Positions 1 through 12,610 of a stretch of 64,000 nucleotides of DNA are shown here, one piece after another. The position numbers and the translations under genes were made by a program. Below the pieces are notes generated by a model that was not told the origin of the DNA, did no database searches, and saw nothing but the letters and a program-made list of their open reading frames with translations. This stretch comes from Octopus vulgaris (lineage: Eukaryota), in contig OX597831.1 in NCBI GenBank assembly GCA_951406725.2, positions 36,828,001 to 36,892,000 of the forward strand. Direction: 5' to 3'. Position 1 is the first letter of the stretch, and each line of letters begins with the position of its first letter.

Positions 1-285
1 TTGTTTCTAAGATGAGATTCAGAAATTTATTTATCTATTTATTTATTTATTTGTTTATTTATTTTTTCTTGTTTTTAACCCACCCACCCTTCTTCTTCTT
101 CTCCTCCTCCTCCTCCTCCTCCTCCGTCCTCACTTCTTCGTGCGAGTATTTGTTTGTTCCAATCGTATTTATACAGCCGATTGCTTCAGCTTGACAAGAG
201 ATCACTGCCATAATTGGTGAAATTTATAAATATCTGGTTTTGGATTATCTCTATGCATCAAAAATTTGTAATACAGCTTTTCATG

Positions 286-503
<218 letters not shown>

Positions 504-805
504 TAGCTATGGTTGCCTGATTGAAAAGTTGGTGTCGCAATGCTTTAGTTTAGAAACAAGGCAGGTAGTGCTGTGTTCAATCCTGTTCTGCACCGTGTCT
601 CTGATATATCTATCCTTAAGTTTCCTTTTAGGTAAGGAAACTTTGAGCAATACTTTTGAATATGTATTGATGCATGTATGTATGTATGTACATGTGTACA
701 TGTATATATACCTATACATACATATAAATATATATATACCTGCATATACTTTTCCATATAATATGCATATATTATATGGCATATATTATATGCATATATT
801 ATATA

Positions 806-1195
806 GGCGCAGGAGTGGCTGTGTGGTAAGTAGCTTGCTAACCAACCACATGGTTCCGGGTTCAGTCCCACTGCGTTGTATCTTGGGCAAGTGTCTTCTG
901 CTATAGCCTCAGGCTGACCAAAGCCTTGTGAGTGGATTTGGCAGACGGAAACTGAAAGAAGCCTGTCGTATATATGTATATGTGTGTATATGTTTTTGTG
1001 TCTGCGTTTGTTCCTCTAGCATTGCTTGACAACCGATGCTGGTGTGTTTACGTCTTTGTCACCTAGAGGTTTGGCAAAAGAGACTGATAGAATAAGTACT
1101 GGGCTTACAAAAAATAAGTCCCGGGGTCGATTTGCTTGACTAAAGGCGGTGCTTTAGCATGGCCGCAGTCAAATGACTGAAACAAGTAAAAGAAA
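806..1195 (+). mobile_element. tRNA-derived SINE, family A, full length
   Basis: Head GGCGCAGGAGTGGCTGTGTGGTAAG (Pol III A-box-like) and GGTTCAGTCCC (B-box-like), internal TA/TG tract, 3' part ending CAAATGACTGAAACAAGTAAAAG. The same sequence recurs at ~47955, 54336, 60656 and 63909. Confidence 0.9.
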
Positions 1196-1257
1196 AAGAT
1201 ATACATACATACATACATATATATATATATGCATATATATATGTGTGTGTGTGTGTG

Positions 1258-1440
1258 TGTATGAATATGAAAATGGAACAAAAATGCAATAGAGGGCATT
1301 AAAACGTTTGGAGTTAGATGATACAAAGGTGGACATGAGAAACAACAATTAGAAGGACAGGCAAAAAAGATGGGTCATTCGTGGGTTTCTTTCCCCAGTC
1401 AAGTTCCAGAAGTCATGACCATTTTGGGCAGTTACACTTG
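1258..1440 (-). mobile_element. ~180-bp dispersed repeat, possible PLE 3'-end family
   Basis: Homologous to 18897-19065 (-) and 44400-44570 (+). The 3' end abuts TA/TG dinucleotide runs in each copy. Confidence 0.6.
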
Positions 1441-1546
1441 AGATGTTTCGATCATCATCAAAGCATTATATTGCTTTGTAAGAAAGCTAGTGAATGTGTA
1501 CAGCAACAAAGACAAAAAAAAAAACAAAAAAAACAAACAAACGAAA

Positions 1547-1547
<1 letters not shown>

Positions 1548-1605
<58 letters not shown>

Positions 1606-1608
1606 AAC

Positions 1609-1687
<79 letters not shown>

Positions 1688-1700
1688 CAGATAGACAGAC

Positions 1701-1772
<72 letters not shown>
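1548..1772. repeat. (GATA)n/(GACA)n microsatellite
   Basis: Direct reading. Confidence 0.95.
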
Positions 1773-2181
1773 GTAATCTAAATAAGACAAAGATTTTAAT
1801 GCATATTTAATGACCTGTTACAATTGTTTCTGGATAAACTCTACTTGCAATGCCAGTTTACTCAAAAGTTCCAAGTGAAAATTTACATAATATTTGTAGA
1901 TTTAAACATTAAAGTAGCACTTCTTCAGACCGGCATCAAAGGTATGCTCTTACACTGTGTATCTTCCAGCATTGTACTTTGCTTATATCAAGAAGAAACA
2001 AAAAGTAAACAAAAATAAAAATTTTGCCGGAATGAATTTCAGAAGACATTGGGATTTTGTTATAAAATTTTACACTGTTGTTTGGATTTTATAATGTTAA
2101 AGAAGTAAACTACTAAATGATAGTACATACCAACAATCTAGCTAGTCATAATAAAATAGTAAATAAACACATATGAATATA

Positions 2182-2888
2182 GGTGAAGGAGTGGCTGTGT
2201 GGTAAGTAGCTTGCTTATAGACTCGGACCAACCAAAGCCTTGTGAGTGGATTTGGTAAACGGAAACTGAAAGAAGCCTGTTGTATATATATATATGTGAG
2301 TGTGTGTGTGTGTGGGGGGTGTGTGTGTGTGTGTGGGGGTGTATTTATATATGTATATGTTTGTGTGTGTGTGTTGTGCCCCGCCCCCCAACATAGCTTG
2401 ACATCAATGCTGGTGTGATTACGTGCCTGCAACTTAGCGGTTAGGCATAAGAGACCGATAGAATAAGCACTAGGCTTACAAAGAATAACTCTTAGTGGAG
2501 GCACATGGACTAGTGGTTAGAGCAGCGGACTTGCGGTCGAGGGATCATGGGTTCGAATCTCAGACCAGGCGATGTGTGTGTTTATGAGCAAAACACCTAA
2601 GCTCCACGCGGCTCTAGCAGAAGGTAATGTTGAACTTCTGCTGACTCTTTTGCCATAACTCTCTCTCACTCTTTCCTCCTACCTCTTGCAGTTCACCTGC
2701 GACGGACTGGCGTCCCATTCAGGTGGGGAGCCTATACACCAAAGAAACCGGGAAACCGGCCCTTATGAGCCAGGCATGGCTTGAGAAGGAACAAACAAGA
2801 AAGAATCACTCTTGGGGGTTGATTTGCTCGACTAAAGGCAGTCCTCCAGCATGACTGCAGTCAAAATGATTGAAATGAATAAAAGAAT
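2182..2888 (+). mobile_element. SINE family A copy interrupted by a nested SINE
   Basis: Family A sequence runs to ~2493 and resumes at ~2800 (GGGGTTGATTTGCTCGACTAAAGGC). Confidence 0.85.
2494..2799 (+). mobile_element. tRNA-derived SINE, family C, nested, with target-site duplication
   Basis: Head GGAGGCACATGGACTAGTGGTTAGAGCAGCGGACT...GGTTCGAATC. Flanked by AAAGAATAACTCTT (2480-2493) and AAAGAATCACTCTT (2800-2813). Related copies at 19578-19871 and 20865-21062 (-). Confidence 0.85.
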
Positions 2889-3194
2889 AGAACTAGTTTT
2901 AAAACATTGAATGGATATGGGGATCAGCCAGAATAAAATAGTAAATAAAGAGATCCATAGATAAAAAAAAAATTGTTGAATATCCTTGATACAGATAGAT
3001 TGAAAGGCAGAAAAACTGTCTTCAAATGGCTGTAATATAAATGGAGTACTGTACCATGCTCCTCTTGGAATCTCTCTCCCCCATTGGCTTGATACAACTT
3101 TAATTTCATGCTGTAAGTTTCTGCTAATAACATCAATGCTGTTGAGTGGACTTTGCATTCTATTACGATGTGCAAATCTTTAAAATATAACATC

Positions 3195-3410
3195 TAATAA
3201 TCTTTTCTGCTGTAGACACAAGGTCTGAAATTGCTGTAGAGGGGACTAATCGATTAGATTAGTGTTTTACTGGTACTTAATTTATCGACCATGAAATGGG
3301 GAAAGGCAAACTCGACCTTGGCAGAATTTGAACTCAGAACGTTGTGATGGGAAAAAATACTGCTAAGCATTTCCTCCAGCATGCTAACGATTCTGTCAGC
3401 TCACCACCTT
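3195..3410 (-). mobile_element. SINE family B
   Basis: Reverse complement matches the recurring GGTGAGCTGGCAGAA...GTTCTGAGTTCAAATTC...GGTCGA unit at 16933, 56027, 58483 and 59215. Confidence 0.8.
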
Positions 3411-3439
3411 ATATATAACTATAACATGTAATAATGTCA

Positions 3440-4255
3440 GGAGTTCAGCAGAACCTACCTCTTTAGAGCCTTATGAACACATTTCAACCATCTCTGCTAC
3501 TGCAACACAATGCAAGGTAGGTTCTTAACATTTATTTCCAGGACCTCAATGTAGCTGGCAGAGTTAACTCTAAAGGCTTGTTGAAAGAAGTAAGGAGGCA
3601 TCACATGTCCTTCATTGCTGACAGCCCCTAAAACCATGACAGTTGCAGGACATTTTGTATGCATAACACTTGAAACATCAGAAGGGTCTGTACATAACCA
3701 TCTGTCATTTCTTCTGTTAACTTTTTGACCTTGGTTGAAGTTTTTCTTGTTTGAGAAAAGACAAATCAAATCTTCTGCTGGATTTTTCAGTTCTTTTAAG
3801 AACCTTTTAGTGATTTTCTTTTGCTTTTTTCTGACAAATTGACCTTTCCTTGACAACATTTCTGACTGTTCCTTCTGACACATGGAGATCATTTGCAATT
3901 GACCTCATAGACTTTTAGGGATTGTAATCAATGATCTGTTGAACTTGCTGGATAAATTCCGGTGTTCTGATGATTTCAGAGCATTTAGAATGCATTTTAT
4001 TGTTTGATACTGGTGATATATTTCCTTCTTTATTCTCTAAGCTCCTTACAAACTTTGTAGATGAAAGATCTGGCAACTTTTAAAAACTGAGATATTTCTA
4101 AATCTCTATGCTCGACCTTTACAACCACAATAACAGCATGCCTCTTCATTTCTTGAATAACCTGAGACCCTGCCATTATTATTTTCTGAAACAAAGATTA
4201 TACAGAGTTAGCAAAAAATGTAGCAATGACGCAAATTATGTATGTCCTCAAATAC
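3440..4255 (-). mobile_element. Degenerate Tc1/mariner-superfamily transposon (transposase pseudogene)
   Basis: Minus-strand translation from the ATG at 4176 gives MAGSQVIQEMKRHAVIV...LEISQFLKVARSFIYKV (HTH-like N-terminus). The ORF track gives NRRNDRWL...HTKCPATVMVLGAVSNEGHVMPPYFF...YIEVLE, typical of a Tc1/mariner catalytic region. Stops and frameshifts are present. Confidence 0.8.
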
Positions 4256-4360
4256 CTTACACAACCTGTATATATAGTTGAAATTTACAGAAAAAACTAA
4301 AGATGAAGACAGGAGTATGAACAACAAACAGGTGTATTACTCTGACACTCGGAAGAGGGA

Positions 4361-4650
4361 TAAAGCATGACTCAATGTTTAGAACATCGGGCTCGCAATC
4401 ATGAGGTCGTGAGTTCAATTCCTGAACTGGGCTGTGCATTGTATTTTTGAGCAAGGCGCTATTTCACATTGCATCACTTCACGCAGCTGTAGAAAAAAGC
4501 TGAGATGTCATTGGTGCCAAGTTTTATTGGCCTTTGCCTTTCTCTTGGATGATATCAATGGTGTGGAAAGGGGAGTCTCGTATGCAAGGACGACTGCTAG
4601 TCTTCCATAAGGGGAGGGGAACTTTCTAGGTATAATCCCATGGTCATTTA
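4361..4650 (+). mobile_element. tRNA-derived SINE, family E, diverged
   Basis: GGTCGTGAGTTCAATTCC B-box-like motif followed by a TTGAGCAAGGC core; similar to 6500-6818 (-), 15300-15740 and 38553-38690. Confidence 0.6.
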
Positions 4651-5938
4651 CTCTTTTTTTTAAAACATGTAGCCAAATGGTTAGAACACTAGCTTCATGC
4701 TCATTTTTGAACTCACTGACACACTGTATGTATCCTTGAGCAAGGCACTTCATTGCCTGTTGCCCCAGTCTCTACTAGTTACATATCAAGTACAACCCTC
4801 TCTAATTAAGGCTATTAAATCTTGGATGTTCTGCCAGGTCAAGGATAATGAGCTTGAGGATGTCGTTATTTGCTCTCTAATACACACCGACTCTAAAACA
4901 ATTAACAACAGTATGGAACATATGTTTACAATGCTATCCTCATTACTGAGTGATGGCCATACTTTTAAGATGTATTGTGAGATAAATGCCTTGGTTAATG
5001 AATAGATGGATTGATGGTATGGTGATTGACAGAGACAGAGATTGAGGGCTGTTTAAGTAGAGACACAGAAGATATTTATGCATCTCTGTGTTTATAAATG
5101 TCTGTGTGTTCATATATCTATGTGTGAATATATATATCTGTGTCTGAATATATATATATATATGTATGTATATATGTATGTATGTATATATGTGTGTGTC
5201 TATATGCATGTGTGCATGTATTTGCGAGTAGTGAGATAGATGTTTAGGGAGATAGGCAGCAGTTTGATGGAGATAAAATGTTGGTTTGATATATATGGAC
5301 AAGGGGATTAAGTAGACAGGAAGATAGAAATCTCATAGGAAATAGATGGATATCTGTTTAAATAGAAAGGTAGAAATTAATACAGGTATAGACAAACCCT
5401 TAGAGAAAAATAATAATAAAATATAAAGAGAGAGAGAGAGAGAGCAAGAGAGAGAGAGATAGAGTAGGATATGGAGAAAGAATGAAAGTAGAATGGATAG
5501 AGAGATATGAAGTTGATAATATGAATAGAGAAGGAAGTTGCTTTGTTCTTATTTAACCACAGGTCAGCCTGTCTTAACAGACCGATGACCTAAAGGATTC
5601 TAGAGGTGACCAGTGTGTCTCTTTGTATATCTACTTCTTACAATGCTAAATATTTTGTTTGTTTATAAATATTTTTTGTAGGACGTAAGAGTGCAGATTT
5701 AAAAGAGAGAGATTTGACTGTTGTATCTAGCATGCGGCATGAGTGCACGTAAGGGCTACTTTTTTGGGTTGAAGAACAGGTGCATGTAGCATTGTTGTGT
5801 TAATGCCCACTTTTTCCATGCTTACAATGGTCAGATGGAAATCATTGTCTGCAGATGGAAGACTTTGCTGTCAGCAACACTTAGCTGTTTTCCTTGTAAA
5901 TTCATATTTCCTCCTGGTCAGACATGGGATCAGTACAG

Positions 5939-6012
5939 ATTGGAAATGAAGGGTATTACTTGTATGATGATGATGATGCTCACAACTGTCGCCTGATATC
6001 AAGGCAGATAGG

Positions 6013-6043
<31 letters not shown>

Positions 6044-6164
6044 ACATGCTCATATTGGAAATGAAGGGTATTACTTGTATGATGATGATGATGCTCACAA
6101 CTGTCGCCTGATATCAAGGCAGATAGGCACACACACACACACACACAAACACACACATGCTCAT
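5939..6164. repeat. Tandem duplication, ~115-bp unit x2
   Basis: TGGAAATGAAGGGTATTACTTG...CACATGCTCAT starts at 5941 and again at 6056. Confidence 0.9.
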
Positions 6165-6330
6165 ATCTGTGTATGTGTGTATATAAGTATGTATCTGTGT
6201 ATGTATGTATCTGTACATATATATATGTATCTGTTATATATATATATATATGTATGTGTGTGTATATATATATATCTGTGTATGTATGTATGTATGAATA
6301 TAGATATATATGTGCTTACACATATATTAT

Positions 6331-6500
6331 CATTGTTGTCGTCATCGTTTGACATCTGCTTTCCATACTGGCATTGGTTGGATGGTTTCACTGAGGACTG
6401 GCAAACCAGAAGGCTGCACTAGGCTCCAATCTGATCTGGCAAGAGTGCTACACCTGGATGCCCTTCCTAACACTAACCACTCAAAGAGTGTAGCAGGAGC
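6331..6500 (-). mobile_element. RTE-LINE-related 3' end (family D)
   Basis: Contains CTGGATGCCCTTCCTAAC, shared with the RTE 3' end at 29253-29633. Confidence 0.7.
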
Positions 6501-6818
6501 ACTCCATCGGTTATGACAACGAGGCTCCCAGCTGATACAATCAACAGAACAGCCTGCTCATGAAATTAACATGCAAGTGGCTGAGCACTCCACAGGCACT
6601 GATACTCTTAATGTAGTTCTCAAGGAGATTCAGTGTGACACGGAGCGTGACAAGGCTGGCTATTTGAAATACAAGTACAACTCATTTTTGCCAGCTTAGT
6701 GGACTGGAGCAATGTAAAACAAAGTGTCTCGCTCAAGGACACAACGTGTCACTGGAAATTGAACTCACGACCTTACAATCGCAAGCCGAATGCCCCTAAC
6801 CACTAAGCCACATGCCAT
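6500..6818 (-). mobile_element. tRNA-derived SINE, family E, near full length
   Basis: Reverse complement: TGGCTTAGTGGTTAGGGGCATTCGGC...GGTCGTGAGTTCAATTTCC...GTGTCCTTGAGCGAGACAC. Confidence 0.8.
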
Positions 6819-6832
6819 TACTGTGTAGTTTA

Positions 6833-6894
<62 letters not shown>

Positions 6895-6895
<1 letters not shown>

Positions 6896-7530
6896 AAAAA
6901 TAGTAAAAAGTGAAAAAACTACAGAAGGCTTAAAGGTTAAAAAATATATATATTTGCGTCAATATGTCTGAAGAATATTAAAAAATTTTTTTTCCTTTAT
7001 AATGACATAGTTTAGAAGAAAGACCGGTTTCGCGTTTAGCTTTTCAAATTTCTTATGTTTATGTTTAAAAGAGTTCTAAATAAGGGGAGGTAATGAGTGA
7101 TTTCTTCCGGTGTAAGGGAGATCATCGCTTAAAATTTCTTTCTTTTCCCTTGGTGTGAATTTCTCTGTATCAGTATGTTGGCATAGTTAAGTCTGGGCTT
7201 GTACTTTTCAATGAAAAATGTTTCCTTTTTTAGTCTAATTTGTGTTGATGATCCGATAGCACATTGGTAAAATGGAAAGATTGAAATTGTGGTAGTAGTT
7301 GCTTTGCGCATTTCTCAATGTGCTCACTAAAAGGTATCATTCTGTATTTTGGGAATGCAATCTGTTGTCGATGCAGTGTGCATCTACGTCTGAGTGATAG
7401 TCCCGTGGATCCCACGTAGTCTTGGTGGCAGCCCGAGCATTTTATGACATAAATTATGTTTTCAGAGTTAGATTTGATCTTGAATTTCTGTTCCTCTTTA
7501 AAGAGAAATTCTGATCCTTCTAGCAGGTTT
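6895..7530 (-). mobile_element. Inverted copy of the PLE 3' end (GIY-YIG C-terminal part plus 3' UTR; inverted pseudo-LTR)
   Basis: Reverse complement aligns by eye to 14197-14877. ORFs 7230..7415 and 7129..7311 nearly match the C-terminal part of 14132..14509 and the start of 14428..14721. It has a 12-bp deletion (TTTACTTGTGCC) and a ~33-bp deletion relative to the + copy. Confidence 0.95.
7016..7054 (-). ncRNA. Minimal type I hammerhead ribozyme, U3-A8 core variant
   Basis: Minus strand: AAGAAA-U-UUGAAAA-GC-UAAAC-GC-GAAAC-CG-GUC-UUUCUU. Stem I is AAGAAA/UUUCUU, stem II GC/GC, stem III the palindrome ACCGGU, and the cleavage triplet is GUC. Confidence 0.7.
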
Positions 7531-10500
7531 ACCCAAAAATCTTTCGAAAGTTTTCACCGAAAATTTTACCCAAAAATCTTTTGAAAGTTTTCACCGAAAA
7601 TTTTACCCAAAAATTTTTCGAAAATTTTCACCAAATATTATCACCAAAAACTTTTCGAAAATTTTCATGGAAAACTTTCCCCAAATTTTTTTCGAAAATT
7701 TTCACCGAAAATTTTCCCCGAAAATTTTCCCCAAAAATTTTTCGAAAATTTTAAACAAATTTTTCAAAAATTTTTCAAAAATTTTCATCGAAAATTTTCC
7801 AAAAAAAGTTTTTTGAAAATTTTCACCGAAAATTTTACCCAAAAATTTTTCGAAAATTTTCACCGAAAATTTTACCCAAAAATTTTCAAAAATTTTCACG
7901 AAAATTTTACCCAAAAATTTTTCGAAATTTTCACCAAACATTTTCACCAAAAACTTTTCCAAAATTTTCATGGAAGACTTTCCCCAAAAACTTTTCCAAA
8001 ATTTTCACTGAAAAGTTTACCCAAAAATTTTTCCAAAAATTTTCACCGAAAATTTTCCTAAAAATTTTTTGAAAATTTTTGCCGAAGATTCTCCCCAATT
8101 TTTGGAAAATTTACCGAAAATTTTCACCGAAAATTTTCCCCAAAAGTTTTCCCGAAAATTTTCCCCAAAGATTTTTCGAAAATTTTCACCGAAAATTTGA
8201 ACCAAAAATTTTACGAAAATTTTCCCCAAAAACTTTTCGAAAACTTTTCCCAAGATTGTCAAAAATTTTCATTGAAAATTTTACCCAAAAATTTTTCGAA
8301 AATTTTCCGCAAAAGTTTTTCGAAAATTTTACACAAAAATTGTTCGATGACTTTCACTGAAAATTTTACAAAAAAAATTTTCCGAAAATTCCCATTAAAA
8401 GTTTTCTCCAAAAACTCATAGGAAATTTTCACGGAAAACATTCCCCAAAAATTTTGCAAGGTTTTCACCAAAAATTTTTCGAAAACTTTCAACGAAAATT
8501 TTCCAAAATTTTCACTGAAAATTTTACCCGAAAACTTTTCGAAAATTTTCCCCAAAAATTTTTCCAAAATTTTCATCAAAAATTTTCCCCAAAAGTTTTT
8601 CGTAAATTTTCACCGAAAATTTTACCCAAAAATTTTTCCAAAATTTTCACCAAAAATTTTTCGAAAATTTTACACAAAAATTCTTCGATGACTTTCACTG
8701 AAAATTTTACAAAAAAAATTTTCCGAAAATTCTCCAAAAACTTTTCGAAAACTTTCACGGAAATTTTCAAAAAGTTTTCACAGAAAATTTTCACCAAAAA
8801 TTTTTTCGTAAACTTTACCCAAAAATCTTTCGAAAGTTTTCACCGAAAATTTTACCCAAAAATTTTACGAAAATTTTCACCAAATATTATCACCAAAAAC
8901 TTTTCGAAAATTTTCATGGAAAACTTTCCCCAAAAATTTTTCGAAAATTTTCACCGAAAATTTTCCCCACTTTTTTCCCGAAAATTTTCCCCAAAAATTT
9001 TCCAAAATTTTCACCGAAAATTTTACCCGAAAACTTTTCGAAAAGTTTCCGCAAAAAGTTTTCGAAAATTTTAAACAAAAATTTTTCAAAAATTTTCGCC
9101 GATAATTTTCCCCGAAAATTTTCCCCAAAAATTTTTCCAAAATTTTCATCGAAAATTTTCCCAAAATTTTTCCAAAATTTTCATCGAAAATTTTCCCCAA
9201 AAGATTTTTGAAAATTTTCACCGAAAATTTTACCCAAAAATTTTTCGAAAATTTTCACTGAAAATTTTCCCAAAAACTTTTCGAATATTTTCACCAAAAA
9301 TTTTTCGAAAACTTTACCCAAAAATCTTTCGAAAGTTTTCACCGAAAATTTTACCCAAAAATTTTTCGAAAATTTTCAACGAAAATTTTCCAAAATTTTC
9401 ACTGAAAATTTTACCCGAAAACTTTTCGAAAATTTTCCCCAAAAATTTTTCCAAAATTTTCATCAAAAATTTTCCCCAAAAGTTTTTCGAAAATTTTCAC
9501 CGAAAATTTTACCCAAAAATTTTTCCAAAATTTTCACCAAAAATTTTTCGAAAATTTTACACAAAAATTCTTCGATGACTTTCACTGAAAATTTTACAAA
9601 AAAATTTTCCGAAAATTCTCCAAAAACTTTTCGAAAATTTTCACGGAAAACATTCCCCAAAAATTTTCAAAAGTTTTCACAGAAAATTTTCACCAAAAAT
9701 TTTTTCGTAAATATTTCACCAAAAATCTTTCGAAAATTTTCACCGAAAATTTTACCCAAAAAATTTTACGAAAATTTTCACCGAAAATTTTGAACCAAAA
9801 ATTTTCCCGAAAATTTTCCCCAAAATTTTTCGAAAATTTTCCCAAGATTGTCAAAAATTTTCATTGAAAATTTTACCCAAAAATTTTTCGAAAATTTTCC
9901 GCAAAAGTTTTCGAAAATTTTACACAAAAATTGTTCGATGACTTTCACTGAAAATTTTACAAAAAAAATTTTCCGAAAATTTTCCCATTAAAAGTTTTCT
10001 CCAAAATTTTCAGGAAATTTTCACGGAAAATTTTCCCCAAAAATTTTGCAAAATTTTCACAATTTTCCCCAAAAATTTTTCGAAAATTTTCAACGAAAAT
10101 TTTCCAAAATTTTCACTGAAAATTTTACCCGAAAATTTTCGAAAATTTTCCCAGAAAATTTTTCCAAAATTTTCATCAAAAATTTTCCCCAAAATTTTTC
10201 GTAAATTTTCACCGAAAATTTTACCCAAAAATTTTTCCAAAATTTTCACCAAAAATTTTTCGAAAATTTTACACAAAAATTCTTCGATGACTTTCACTGA
10301 AAATTTTACAAAAAAAATTTTCCGAAAATTCTCCAAAAACTTTTCGAAAATTTTCACGGAAATTTTCAAAAGTTTTCACAGAAAATTTTCACCAAAAATT
10401 TTTCGAAAACTTTACCCAAAAATCTTTCGAAAGTTTTCACCGAAAATTTTACCCAAAAATTTTACGAAAATTTTCACCAAATATTATCACCAAAAACTTT

Positions 10501-12610
10501 TCGAAAATTTTCATGGAAAACTTTCCCCAAAAATTTTTCGAAAATTTTCACCGAAAATTTTTTTCCCAAAATTTTTTTCCCGAAAATTTTCCCCAAAAAT
10601 TTTCCAAAGTTTTCACCGAAAATTTTACCCGAAAACTTTTCGAAAAGTTTCCGCAAAAAGTTTCCGAAAATTTTAAACAAAAATTTTTCAAAAAAATTTT
10701 CGCCGATAATTTTCCCCGAAAATTTTCCCCAAAAATTTTTCCAAAATTTTCATCGAAAATTTTCCCCAAAATTTTTCCAAAATTTTCATCGAAAATTTTA
10801 CCCAAAAATTTTTGAAAATTTTCACCGAAAATTTTACCACAAAAATTTTTCGAAAATTTTCACTGAAAATTTTCCCAAAAAACTTTTCGAAATTTTCACC
10901 AAAAATTTTTCGAAAACTTTACCCAAAATCTTTCGAAAGTTTTCACCGAAAATTTTACTCCAAAAATTTTTCGAAAATTTTCAACGAAAATTTTCCAAAA
11001 TTTTCACTGAAAATTTTACCCGAAAACTTTTGAAAATTTCCTTTCCAAAAATTTTTCCAAAATTTTCATCAAAAATTTTCCCCAAAAAGTTTTTCGAAAA
11101 TTTTCACCGAAAATTTTACCCAAAAATTTTCCGAAAATTTTCACCAAAAATTTTTCGAAAATTTTACACAAAAATTCTTCGATGACTTTCACTGAAAATT
11201 TTACAAAAAAATTTTCCGAAAATTCTCCAAAAACTTTTCGAAAATTTTCACGGAAAACATTCAAAAATTTTCAAAAGTTTTCACAGAAAATTTTCACCAA
11301 AAATTTTTTCGTAAACTTTACCCAAAAATTTTCAAAGTTTTCACCGAAAATTTTACCCAAAAATTTTACGAAAATTTTCACCTAATATTATCACCAAAAA
11401 CTTTTCGAAAATTTTCATGGAAAATTTTCCCCAAAAATTTTGAAAATTTTCACCCGAAAATTTTCCCCAAAATTTTCAAAATTTTCCCGAAAATTTTACC
11501 GAAAATTTTCAAAATCCGAAAATTTTACCCAAAAATTTTTCGAAAATTTTCCCCGAGCTCTTTTGATTTTAAAAAGATTTTCGAATATTTTCACCGAAAA
11601 TTTTACCCAAAAATTTTTCAAAATTTTCCCGAAAATTTTCCAAAAATATTCATGAAAAAAAATTTAGGTGGCTTTGCTGCTTTCTGTGTATAAAGCGTGA
11701 ATTCTGGTTAGTTTATAGTCAAGATTTTCACGATACAATTTATTTACCTTGATACATTTTCAACTTTATTCGCATATTCGTTATATTTTTCGAAAATTTT
11801 CACCAAAATTTCCCAAAATTTTATTTTCACCGAAAATTTTACCCGAAAATTTCACGAAAATTTTCCCAAAAATTTTTCCAAAATTTTCACCGAAAATTTT
11901 CCCCAAAAAGAAAATTTTTTTTCGAAAATTTTCACCAATTTTACCCAAAAATTTGTCGAAAATTTTCCGCAAAAATTTTTCGAAAATTTTAACAAAAATT
12001 CTTCGATGACTTTCACTGAAAATTTTACAAAAAAATTTTCCGAAAATTCTCCAAAAACTTTTTCGAAAATTTTCACGGAAATTTTCAAAAGTTTTCACAG
12101 AAAATTTTCACCAAAAATTTTTCGAAAACTTTACCCAAAAATCTTTCGAAAGTTTTCACCGAAAATTTTACCCAAAAATTTTACGAAAATTTTCACCAAA
12201 TATTATCACCAAAAACTTTTCGAAAATTTTCATGGAAAACTTTCCCCAAAAACTTTTTCGAAAATTTTCACCGATAATTTTACCCAAAAATTGGTCGAAA
12301 ATTTTCCCCGAGCTAAAAATAGATGTTATGGCTGAAAATAGATTTTTAGGTGGCTGTTGCTGCTGCTTTCTGTCTATAGAGTGAATTCTGGTTTAGTATT
12401 ACAGTCAAGATGCCTCACCATCCCCGATACACCAGATTCTGCTTTACACTTAACTATGACGATATCGACTTTAACGGTTCCAAAATCACAATTATGGCTT
12501 TCTCCAAAAACTTTTCGAAAATTTTCAAGGGAAACTTTCCTCAAAAATTTTCCAAAGTTTTCACCGAAAATTTTCCGCGAAAATTTTCACAAAAATATTC
12601 GAAAAATCAC
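7528..12610. repeat. ~5 kb phased A4T4 satellite with ~1.6 kb higher-order repeat
   Basis: AAAATTTT blocks separated by 2-5 mostly C/CG bases. Marker TTCGATGACTTTCACTG occurs at 8343, 8684, 9571, 9934, 10283, 11178 and 12002 (three-step offsets 1591, 1599, 1607). Confidence 0.95.

Noticed and set aside
2497-2570. tRNA gene (also other tRNA-like heads at 806, 6750, 20990, 35251)
   Set aside because: The A/B boxes continue into shared SINE bodies present in multiple diverged copies; I could not build a full cloverleaf.
7702-12335. Many K/F/I/E/N-rich ORFs on both strands
   Set aside because: They are translations of the A4T4 satellite, which is stop-poor in several frames; there is no domain signal.
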